DNA of 64,000 nucleotides from the NCBI GenBank assembly GCA_002269645.1, contig NIVC01000438.1, forward strand, positions 411,379 to 475,378, written 5' to 3'. The translations under genes were made by a program, and so were the position numbers. Positions 25,215-35,994 of this stretch are shown here, one piece after another. The notes under the pieces are model-generated. The model was not told where the DNA came from and did no database searches. It saw only the letters and a list, made by a program, of their open reading frames with translations. Positions within the stretch are counted from its first letter, which is position 1. Every line of letters starts with the position of its first letter. The DNA comes from Macrostomum lignano (taxonomy: Eukaryota).

Positions 25215-28007
25215 ATGGCGGAGCCACTGACCCTTCAACAAGGTGAGGCTCACAACTCATTCTATTCTATTGGCAAAACATTGGGCCTAGGGCCTGCTGG
25301 CCTGGCCTAGTTTGACCTTTTTACGGATAATTCTTTCCTGATCCTGTATAAAGCTGGCATCATTTTTGCTTTTTAATAGTTTATTATTTTTGTTTTCTTC
25401 TACTTGAAGCAAAATAGTCTAGAAAATCGAACAAATATTAAATGTTGAGTCTAAAACCTACTTTTCTCTAACTGAGAACAAAGCCAGAATAGAGTAGAAA
25501 TATATAAAATGATTTTTAATTAAAGCTTTAAATGTGTTTATATCATTTTGCACTGTTTAAAGTTTGTTTCTGTCAACTTTAAAACTTTTTAGGCACAAAA
25601 TTTTTGCTTAGCATAAAGCCATTGAAAAATTGCTATCATAATTAAATGTCAATCCTCTGGTTTTGAATGTTTAAATATTTTTAAACATAAATTTGGATAT
25701 AATGATGTCCAAGGCCCTGTTTTAAAATAAAAATAACTTTGGCCAATGGGTTTTACTAACATTAAAACCAATATTAAAATGTTTACATGATGACTTATTT
25801 ACCCTTTGATTAAATATAATCCGCTTTCTTTGGTAATAGCCACTTTGGTAACAAAGCAGATTTATGACTACTGATGCTATATCTTAATGATAATTCATTT
25901 ATTTATTTAGCAACTATTCATTTATTAATTAACATTTCCCATGTTGGGCACCAATCCATTAATCAATAAGCATTAATCTGTTAATAAGCATTAATAAGCA
26001 TTAAGATTTTTCATTAACATTAATAGACTGCCATTAAGATTTTTTTCAAACTAACGGATTAATGAATTTGCATTAATAATTGTGTAAGTTAATGACAAAT
26101 TCATTGTTAATGTTAATGAGAATGTCAATGACCAAATAAAGATGCAAAGAAAAAACAAAAATCTAAGTCTGATGAGAAGTTATAACATTACAAATGTATT
26201 CAAATTTACCTTAATGCCTAATTAATCTCTTTGTTTATAAGGATGAACAACTTCTTACTAATGAACTTTAATAATAAATTAAAATGTAAACTTTATTGTT
26301 GCACGTAAGCATCGATCAGTTTGATTCAGTTCTTTCCCAATCTTTCTTAACTTTCTGCTGTGCCTGTTAATGCTACTAAAACAACCTTCCTATTTGTATT
26401 TTATGATTAACTAATTAGCTTTCGCTGCTTTCAAGTTTAAAATAGCTGAGTTAATTATTTTATTGTATGCTTACTTTTAGTAGTATTATACATACAAGTT
26501 TTTAAATATTATTTGTTACTTTTTAGCTTGTAAATTGCTTATATGACCTCTGTGTTTCACTAAAAAGGTGCAAAAGCAAGACAGTGCATTGTGAAGTCTG
26601 CTTTGGAAATTAGTGCAAGATTTCTGTATTTTTTGGGTTAACTTTAACAGATTAATGCTTATTAACAATAATCAGTTAACTTAATGAAATTAAGAGTTTA
26701 TAAGTTAAGATTTTTTTGTTTTATTGCTAACGCTTTTGCTAGTAATGGAAGTTAAGATTTTCATTAATGGTGCCTAACAATTAACATTTCAACTATTTTC
26801 TTGCCAGGTATGGTTCAATTTTCTAGTTAAACTGAATTGTAATTTATTTTTATTTGTGTATTAACTTTGTAATAAAATTAAAAGCAGCAAAGAACGTTAT
26901 GCTAGTTGAAAATTGAATTTTTTTAAGTAAGTAATTATAAATGAAGAAAAAATAGATTCTAAAATACAATTTTTGACAAATAAAATTAATTTGAAAGAAC
27001 AAAGAGTTGACTATATACTCAATACATGTACACAACTAAAATGATCAAGACAATGGCAAAACCTACATCACAATATTACAGATAAATATCAATATAACTT
27101 GACAATGTCTAAGTAGTCTAGACTAGTTTAACAAGCTATAAGTTGGCTTAACTCTTTGTTACATATTTATTTCTAATTGTTAAGGTTAGGCTAAGGTTTT
27201 TAGATTATTAAGGTTTACTATTTGAGTTAGGTATAGGATTAGATTAGGACTAGATTGATACTTAATTTGTGGTAGTCAAATTGCTCATAGTTACTTTACT
27301 AGACCTATATGTAAATATTTTATGACATTTATGCATTATATATTACCATTGCAATTAGACAAAACCTCTTGTTAAGTCCCAAAGAGTCATTCTTAACTAT
27401 GACTTCATCTCTGTGATCCCAATTATATAGTAACCCCCACCTGACAGACATCCAGCGCGCTGTGGAGCTACTTGAGAAGCTTCAAAGCTGCCCAGATGTC
27501 CAGCACGAGAAGCTAGCCGCTCTTAGTCGTATTCTACAGTCGGATTTCTGCAACATGGTTCGCGAAGTGTACGAACACGTCTACGAGACTGTGGACGTTG
27601 GCGGCAGTCCAGAGGTTCGCGCCTCGGCCACAGCCAAAGCCACCGTGGCTGCTTTCGCCGCCGCTGAAGGTCACGCGCATCCGCGGGTCGTTGAACTGCC
27701 AAAAACTGAGGAAGGCCTTGGCTTCAACGTGATGGGCGGCAAAGAGCAGAACTCGCCTATCTACATCAGCCGGATCATCCCTGGTGGCGTGGCCGACCGC
27801 GAGGGCAGTCTGAAACGCGGCGATCAGCTGCTCAGCGTCAATGGCGTGTCAGTTGAGAACGAGCACCACGAGAAAGCTGTGGATCTGTTGAAGGCTGCCC
27901 AGGGCACAGTGAAACTGGTGGTCCGGTACACACCCAGGGTGTTGGACGAGATGGAGGCTCGCTTTGACAAGCACAAGGCTAGGAGAGCTCGCGGCGGTCA
28001 GAATTAA
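25215..28007 (+). CDS. LIN7: Protein lin-7 homolog (L27 + PDZ); exons 25215-25242 and 27448-28007
   Basis: Micro-exon MAEPLTLQQ(G|gtgagg) joins gacag|AC to give [13 protein letters not shown]; near-invariant LIN7 sequence [71 protein letters not shown]. Confidence 0.97.
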
Positions 28008-28306
28008 TTCATTATTAATTGACAGTTCAACAAATCAAGCTGGATTATGATTTAACTCAAATGTTTTCCTTTACAAAATATGTTTTTTGTTGTGTTGATG
28101 ATCCTGTCCGTTGAAAACCTGTACCGTGATAAGAGTCGTCTAAAGAGTCATTTCAAACAGCTTAGTAGCTCGACTCTTGTAACCTATTAACAAGTCAAAC
28201 TACCGCATCACGTGAGATGTAGAATCGTTAGAGAGTCGCAAAAGTCGTCCAAGAATAGTTCTGTTAGCGCTTAACTTTGTACTCACTTAAGTAAGTATAC
28301 GACATT

Positions 28307-28686
28307 TTTTTATTAAAGGCAGGGGGGGCAGGGGGGTTGTGTGCACCCTGGCGCACTTTAAGCGACATGGGCACACAACCGGCGAGAGGCATTACTGCCC
28401 ATTCCGCCGACTCCCCTGAGCAGGCATACAAGCGCGCGGATACGTACGCAGTCATACGCACAGGCACACACTCACACAGGAGTGTACAGCGGTCCTAACT
28501 TTATTTATCGTTAGGCATGTACACTTCACTGGGCTTTGGGGGGTTGGCTCTCAAGGCCGTTAATTGCACGAGCAGAGCCAAGCCGAGATTCCAATTCAGC
28601 CCCAAATTAATGTGACTGCACTTGGAATCGAGCCTGGGTCGCTGGCACACCAGAGCCTGCGCTAGACCGCTGGGCTACGGCCCCCC
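28307..28686 (-). mobile_element. SINE family 1, full length with ~15-bp TSD
   Basis: TSD TAAGTATACGACATT at 28292-28306 and 28687-28701; poly-T (A tail) at left. Confidence 0.93.
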
Positions 28687-29574
28687 TAAGTATACGACAT
28701 TGAGTTGTTGTTATAAATGCGAAATGCGATTCTAAAAGGCCCCAGTCACTTGAGTCTCACCCAGAGTCGCAGACGATAAAAGGCCTCGAATTGACTTTTA
28801 GGCGACTGTTTGACGACTTTTTTGGCGGCTTGTACCGTGACGTCTCATTGTTTTAGACTTGTCTTCGGGGCGACTCCAGTGATTCTGGGACGCTGCTTGG
28901 CCTGGGTGCCGTTTTAATCGGGGTTGATTATTGAAATTTGTATTGACTAGTTAATTTGCTAGTTTAGTAATATGCAAACTATGCTACTTATAATCGCCCA
29001 TAGCTGAGTATTGCCCTAATTTTATTTGTTAGGTGTAGATTTTTCAGTTTTTTTCCTTTGGTTGAAAATTCAATCTCGATGAAAATGTGATTTTGACTTT
29101 TATTATATAAATTTATGATGTGTTTATTTATTAAAAAAATATTCCGCATCAATTCGAAGCGCACGGCTCGATCCCATTCTAATATGCTTACGTTTTTATT
29201 CGCTTAGTTAATCACTAAATCAACTGTACAAAACAAGCAGCATTGTCATGTACGTTATTTAACCTTAATCAGTACTGAATAGTTGCTTTAATTCATTTTT
29301 CAGCTTGTAAAATTTGTTCAACGCAGTGAATCCAATGCTTCGTTGACTGTTGTTTGTATCGATCATTTGTTAGGCTTTGTTAGTTTTCCAAGTTAAAATA
29401 TTAAAACAACAAAATTAAAATTTGCGTTTTCAAATGCGACATTTTATACTAGGGTGGAAATCATGGTTGCTGTTGTTCTATTTTTGGTTTAAATTATTAT
29501 TTTAATAGAATTTGCTTAGAGGTTCCGACCTTTGACTGGTTAGGTTTGGGGGTTGGCTTTAGATTAAGGTTTAC

Positions 29575-30420
29575 TGTTTAGGTTTTAGGTTTAGGTTAGG
29601 GTTGCGGTTTATGTTAGGGTTTACTGTTTAGGTTTAGGTTAGGGTTGCAGTTTAGGTTAGGGTTGTAGTTTAGGTTCGGGTTGCAGTTTATGCTAGGATT
29701 GTGGTTTAGGCTAATGTTGTAATTTAGGTTGTGTTTGCGGTTTAGGCTAACGTTGTAGTTTATGTTGAGTTTGCGGTTTAGGCTAAGGTTGTAGTTTATG
29801 TTGAGTTTGCGGTTTAGTCTAAGGTTGTAGTTTAGGTTGAGTTTGCGGTTTAGGCTAAGGTTGTAGTTTATGTTGAGTTTGCGGTTTAGTCTAAGGTTGT
29901 AGTTTAGGTTGAGTTTGCGGTTTAGGCTAAGGTTGTAGTTTATGTTGAGTTTGCGGTTTAGGCTAACGTTGTAGTTTAGGTTGAGTTTGCGGTTTAGGCT
30001 AAGGTTGTAGTTTAGGTTGAGTTTGCGGTTTAGGCTAAGGTTGTAGTTTATGTTGAGTTTGCGGTTTAGTCTAAGGTTGTAGTTTAGGTTGAGTTTGCGG
30101 TTTAGGCTAAGGTTGTAGTTTATGTTGAGTTTGCGGTTTAGGCTAACGTTGTAGTTTAGGTTGAGTTTGCGGTTTAGGCTAAGGTTGTAGTTTATGTTGA
30201 GTTTGCGGTTTAGGCTAACGTTGTAGTTTATGTTGAGTTTGCGGTTTACGCTAAGGTTGTAGTTTAGGTTAAGGTTGCGGTTCAGGTTAGGGTTGCAATT
30301 TAGGTTAAGATTGCGGTTTAGGTTAGGGTTGCGGTTTAGGTTAGGGTCGGGGTTATAGATTAGGGTTGGAGTTTAGGTTAGGAATAAGGTTTAAGTTAAA
30401 GGTTAGGGTTTAGGAAAGAT
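29575..30420. repeat. Telomere-like G/T-rich array: 36-bp (2x18) core flanked by GGTTTAGGTTAGGG-type units
   Basis: Core GGTTTAGGCTAAGGTTGTAGTTTATGTTGAGTTTGC repeated; TTAGGG words at both edges. Confidence 0.9.
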
Positions 30421-30626
30421 TTGGGGTATGAATTAGGGTTGGCAATTAAAATTCGCTGTCTGGTAATGATAATGATCATGCACCCAGTGGCCGCCATGAA
30501 AGTAGGTGTAGGCGAAAAATATTAGTAGGAAAATAACATTCAAGTATCATTCAACTTTATCAACTTTCCCAATTAATATTCAATACGAAACAAAACAATG
30601 ATAATTTCAGCTGCAGCTGTCCAATC

Positions 30627-32393
30627 ATGAGCCAATCAGTCAAGCCGAATCATGATCAGCAGCAGCAGCAGTCAGCATTATCTCCCTCATCTTCGCCGCC
30701 GCCGCTGCAGCCGCAGTCAGGTCAGCAGCAGCGCAGTCGCAGCGGCAAGCCACCAAAACCGCCAGAGAAACCGCTGATGCCGTACATGCGCTACAGCCGG
30801 AGAGTATGGGACCGCGTGAAGGCCGACAATCCCAATTTGAAACTGTGGGAAGTTGGCAAAATTATCGGCCACATGTGGCGAGAACTTGGCGAGCCGGAAA
30901 AGCAGCAACTGGTTGACGAATACGAGGTTGAGAAAGCCAAGCACACTGAGGCTATGAGGCTCTATCACAACTCGCCTCAGTACAAAGCTTGGTTGGCTAA
31001 TCGAGAGCAGCAGCAGCAACAGAAGCAACAACAGCAGCAACAGATGAACAGCTCATCAGTGTATGACTTTCCTGAGCAAAGCGGTTCGAAGCGTAGCTCT
31101 TATCATCATCAGCATCAGTCGATGCGTCACCAGCATCCTCACAGACGACACCAGTCCTTGCTTCACCATCATTATCAAGAGCCCGAATGGGAAGACCTGC
31201 CAGATCCTGCAGAATCAATCAGGCAAGCCGCCACTGACAGGTACCGTCGCAATCATCGACTACTGATGCAGATTCTCGGGCCTGCCCGTCTGCCGCCGCC
31301 CTCCGCGTCGCCTCCGTCACCAACCCATCCGCTGTTGAAGCGATTTCGATCAACGCTAAAATCCGCCGATCCAACAGCTGAATTCGAAGACGAAAGTAAT
31401 GATGAAAAATCTTCAAATTGTCGACTGCAACGTTGGATTGAATCTTCTAATAGATTTGATGAGCAATTGAAATTGTTAGACAGTCAGCGGCCTAAGATTG
31501 ATGCTGACATTGAATTCGACGAGTTTTGTCAGCCGGCTGCTCCGCTAACTCAACGAGTTCGTTGCGTGCCAGAAGAAGATATTCTGGTTCCTGAATATGA
31601 CAGCAGAGCGCTGGCGCGCCGTCATCCTCAACAGCAGGTTAACAGCGAGCCGAAAATGCCCGACTGTAACTCGGGCCAATTTCAAGCTCTGACAACTCAG
31701 CAACAGTCTCTGCTCGCCTCGCTGCCGCCGCCGCAGTCGCCATCATCCACGAAGAAGCGACAACAGCAGCAGCAGCAGCAGCCTTCTGCTGGTCGTTCAG
31801 GTAGAAAATCTACCCAGTCGGGTGTTGAAATGAAACAGAGTCCAACAGCGGCCGCATCAGTGTCCTCTCTGATGCCAGCTCTAGAACAGGAGCTGTGCAA
31901 GCCAAAGAGTTCTTCAACTAGCGGAAACTCTTCTTCTTCAGCTGGTAGCAGCTTGTTGCAATCATTGCCGCCGCCTCCGCCGCCTCCTCCGATGCAGCAG
32001 CAGCAACAGCAGCACCTGTACTATAACCGATCTGGGTATCACGGATATCACAGTTACGGTACACCCCAGCATCCGTACAACCAGCAGCATCAGTATCGTT
32101 CGCATTACCCTATGCCTGCCGCATCGCCATATCATCATCAGTATCCGGCGCAGCATCCGGGCGGCATGATGACGCCGATGGATTATCAAAGCGGCCAATA
32201 TCAGGCGCATCCGCAGCAGCAGCAGCAGCTGTACAGTCAGTATCCAGGCAATACGGCTGATTACCAATCTAATTGGCATCATCAAGGTTATCAGCAGCAG
32301 CAGCCGGTGCATCCGGTTGGCAACAGTTTTGAAATGCCGCTATCAAATTTAGGCAGCCAGCTGTCCTATCCGTCCCCAGGTGGCGGCTGGTGA
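30627..32393 (+). CDS. SMARCE1: SMARCE1/BAF57 (dalao/Bap111)-like HMG-box SWI/SNF subunit, single coding exon, Q/P/Y-rich tail
   Basis: PPKPPEKPLMPYMRYSRRVWDRVKADNPNLKLWEVGKIIGHMW..YHNSPQY is the SMARCE1 HMG box; RYRRNHRLLMQIL is the NHRLI motif. Confidence 0.9.
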   Translation: MSQSVKPNHDQQQQQSALSPSSSPPPLQPQSGQQQRSRSGKPPKPPEKPLMPYMRYSRRVWDRVKADNPNLKLWEVGKIIGHMWRELGEPEKQQLVDEYEVEKAKHTEAMRLYHNSPQYKAWLANREQQQQQKQQQQQQMNSSSVYDFPEQSGSKRSSYHHQHQSMRHQHPHRRHQSLLHHHYQEPEWEDLPDPAESIRQAATDRYRRNHRLLMQILGPARLPPPSASPPSPTHPLLKRFRSTLKSADPTAEFEDESNDEKSSNCRLQRWIESSNRFDEQLKLLDSQRPKIDADIEFDEFCQPAAPLTQRVRCVPEEDILVPEYDSRALARRHPQQQVNSEPKMPDCNSGQFQALTTQQQSLLASLPPPQSPSSTKKRQQQQQQQPSAGRSGRKSTQSGVEMKQSPTAAASVSSLMPALEQELCKPKSSSTSGNSSSSAGSSLLQSLPPPPPPPPMQQQQQQHLYYNRSGYHGYHSYGTPQHPYNQQHQYRSHYPMPAASPYHHQYPAQHPGGMMTPMDYQSGQYQAHPQQQQQLYSQYPGNTADYQSNWHHQGYQQQQPVHPVGNSFEMPLSNLGSQLSYPSPGGGW

Positions 32394-34794
32394 CTGTGTT
32401 CAAGCATTCGATCGAGCAATCATTATATCGGCAATAGTCATATCTAGTGTTAGTTTCTGTTGTTAGCAAAGGCTGTGTGTTTGTGTATCTGTGTGTGTGT
32501 AGCGTTTTTTTATTAACGGCATTCCAGCTTTATCGAACTGAACACTACAGCTTTTACAGCTATTTGTTTGAATCTGCGTTTCTCTGTTTGTCACGTCAGT
32601 ATTTCTCATATTTTCTGGTCAATATAGAATTTTTTTAAATTTGATTACTTTCTACAAACCCTTTGAAAGTGTTAACCGTGACAAGAACCGCTAAAATAGT
32701 CATTGCAAACAGCTCACTAGTGATTCTAATTACTCTGGGGAGACTCTTGCGACTTTTTAACGACTCAAGCGGCAGAGAGTCAATTGTAAAAATTTAGGTT
32801 GTGTTAGTGCTTAACTGTCTACTAACTCAAGTAGCCTAAATAGAGTTGTTATACAATACTTGATGAGGTAAATGCAAAATGACGACTTTCTGGCGACTTG
32901 TGATAAAGCTATCACTGTCATATTAACCTTGTTTTTGTTGTATTTCAATAGACTTTTGAGTATTGTAAGATGCAATGTGCAAAAATGTAAGGTCGGCTAA
33001 ATTTTGTATTTGCTTGTCTGTCCGTCTCTACCTTATGGCGTGTTGGTATCTGTCAGTCTTCTAGCAACAATGCTTTGTACGCATCAGTAAAGAAATGCTC
33101 CTATCCAATTGTTGTATCCCATATAGTTACCCCCTGCGACTTCAATGCCCTGCTGTTTACAATTCCCCAACGTCTTTGTGGTCACCTGTGTCTTTGAAAT
33201 AGAACCTTTTGTCAAGTTACTATTGATATTTATCTGTAATATTGTAATGTAGGTTTTGCCATTGTCCCAATCATTCCAGTCGTGTACACGGATTAAGTAT
33301 GTAGTCAACTCTTTGTTCTGTCAAATCGATTTTATTTGTCTAAAGTTTCATATTTGTGATTTTTAGTCTTGACTTTTTGTTGTGTGTACTGGACAATCAG
33401 ATTTTAGTCAGTTGGGGTGGCTTTTTTCAAGTGTGTTTATTGGATAAACTGCGCACCACGTCTTTATTTTCTTTTGTTGATTTGACTTTTTTGCCTACTA
33501 GGACCGAGTTGTGTTTCTTAATGACCATGTCTGATCAGGGGCCGATTTCATAAACACGGGGCCATGAAACACCTTATGAAATCAATCCAGCCTTTAGCTA
33601 GCCACAAACAAAGATCATATATACACAAGATGGACCACTCATTAACCGCTAATGTGGCCATAGAAGCTAAGGTAAAAAAATTGTATCTGGCGACAGCGCG
33701 AAAATCAACTACTGAACTCAATTTCGTCAGTAGTCTCTGCATTGAATTCATGTGAATTCTTCATTCTTAGTTTAATTGAGTAGCTTTTTAATTAATTCAG
33801 AAGTTTTATTCAATTCTCAAAAAATAGCGTCTATGTCCCTAAGCTACTACGAGTAAATTCAAAATTTAAGTAACCCATGTCGGCTCTTTTCGCACAATTG
33901 GCGATAAACAGCGGTCGCGCTTTCCCTATTGCTCCGCCATACAAAGTGGCCTATTTAGGGAATATAAGATCTATGGCCACAAGCCACAATTTTAGGATCT
34001 ATGTTATAGACAGACTTGCTTTAAAGACAGCCTCTGTGTTCTTCTCGGGCTTGAATACACAGCTTTTATAAAGCTACAAATGTTACGGCGAGTTTCTACT
34101 TAGTACATGTCTATGGACGAAACCCCTGAAGAGGCGCTTATAATTTGTCGAATTTCGCTTGTCACAGTTACTGGTGAAGAGTTCGCTATGTAAATCAGAC
34201 TCTTTATAAGTTCGCACAAGCCCAGTACAGTGAAATCCTGTCATCAAAGCCATGTTTTATATTGTTGTCTCGTTAGTATTATCTTATCTTGCACGCAACT
34301 TATGCAACTTATGTTTGTTTAAGTATGCGTGTTCCACAACGACTTTTCTAGCTGTTTTTGTCTCGGATAACTTTTTATAATAATTACTCGTAATTAATAT
34401 ACATAACAAACTTTTTATCTGTCTGCTTTTTCTAGTCGACCCCTGTTGTCCAAGTGCGACTCGGTCTTGTCAGTAATCTCTTGCCGTTAAAGAAGCAGTT
34501 TTTACAAGCTTACCTTTAGAAGAAGTTTCTAGAATTTTTATTAGTCTTATCTATCGCTTTTCCCTGTCTCCCCAAGTTAAGTGCACACTGAAACTGGCTT
34601 AATATCGATGTTGCTTTTCTCCTCGGTGTCAAAAAGTTATTTAATAATAAATTACTATAATAATCTAATAATAATAAGACGGTCTGCTACGCCGTCCTAT
34701 TGTCCGTGTCAGTCCTTGTTGCGCTAAAAACTGTCCAGTGTGTTTTTGGTGTTTTCAGTATTATTTCAGATGTATTATTATGTTGTCAAGAGGT

Positions 34795-34960
34795 TTTAGC
34801 CTAGTTGGCTTGAGCGTCTGACTCACAACTTAACTCTGCATTGCTTCAGTTCACCCTGCTGTAAAATGGGTGCAGTCCTTGGACTGAACAGCCGTACGCA
34901 GCCTTCAGATGCGCCGCGCAATAGCTGCGGCTGAGCTGTCGGTTGCACATCTGCCTATTA
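34795..34960 (+). mobile_element. SINE family 2 (CORE-like), internally deleted copy
   Basis: Shares CTTAACTCTGCATTGCTTCAGTTCACCC.GCTGTAAAATGGG and GCTGAGCTGTCGGTTGCACATCTGC with 55169-55445. Confidence 0.75.
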
Positions 34961-35994
34961 AGGCAACCAAAAGGGCCAACCATTGCATGGACAGCTGTAA
35001 ACCGTGTGAGAACATGTGTACGAGTGCGTGCCGCGTACAGTATTTGGTGCACTTGTATTTGCTCAAGTGTCCGAGAATTTGATGGAACAATCAACGGAAT
35101 GACGGTTGTGGGATGATTTCCTCAAGACGTTGCGCCAGTGCTTGCAACCGTCGTGCAATTATTATCTTTATAAGGGGGAACATTTAATGTCAAGTCGATG
35201 AGCTAGGTTTTTACAATGATGGTACATGTAGCGGGTTCGCAGGGGCTAATTTGATGTGTTGCCACAACTTAAAGGCGACAGTCCAACGGAACCCGTGAGG
35301 CGGCAAGCTATTTTTATTTACGAGTACCCTGAGCACGCACTCACACTGGGAGTAAAGCGGCCCTGTCTGTTGAAAACGGTACATAACAACTACGAGCGTA
35401 TTTAAAGTAGTCTACTCGGGTTCGAGTTAGAAGAAAGTTAAGCCTTAAAACAACATCTCTTGGAGGGCTTTTTCGCGACTCTTCCGATTCATCTCTTGAT
35501 TCAACACTCAACAGTCGCCTCTCTCTCTCTGTCGCATTACAGTTTCTTAAGACGTTAAAAGTCACAGAGTCGCCCCAGAGTGATTCTTGTCAAAGTACGT
35601 GTAACACTTTTAACAGACTTTGCTTACCTTATCGTCATCTCAATTATGTACTACACACACTGTGCTTTGGAGGTTGTTGCCTCTTCTGGATAAAAGATAA
35701 AAATGGGCAGAAAATGATGGAGTACAGTAGATTTCTGAAGTCCTTTAGGTAGCATTATTATAAAACACGATAGCGCTTGTAAACTTATATTTTATCGACA
35801 CGTAGTTTAAACGGACACGCCACACAACGAGAAAATGTCTATTAACGTGGTTAAAACACGATAGTATTGTTAAATCATTACAAATCCAATTTGAAATATT
35901 GAGAGAGAAAATAAAATAAAACATGCCGCCACCGTTATCAGAAGCCGATAAGGGTTATAAAATTATAGCTTTGAAATCTATGGTCGGGCAGTAG

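Noticed and set aside
33084-33755. Short ORFs between SMARCE1 and the TRP gene (e.g. TTYLIRVHDWNDWDNGKTY...)
   Set aside because: No recognisable domain, no consistent splice model, and neighbouring frames are closed.
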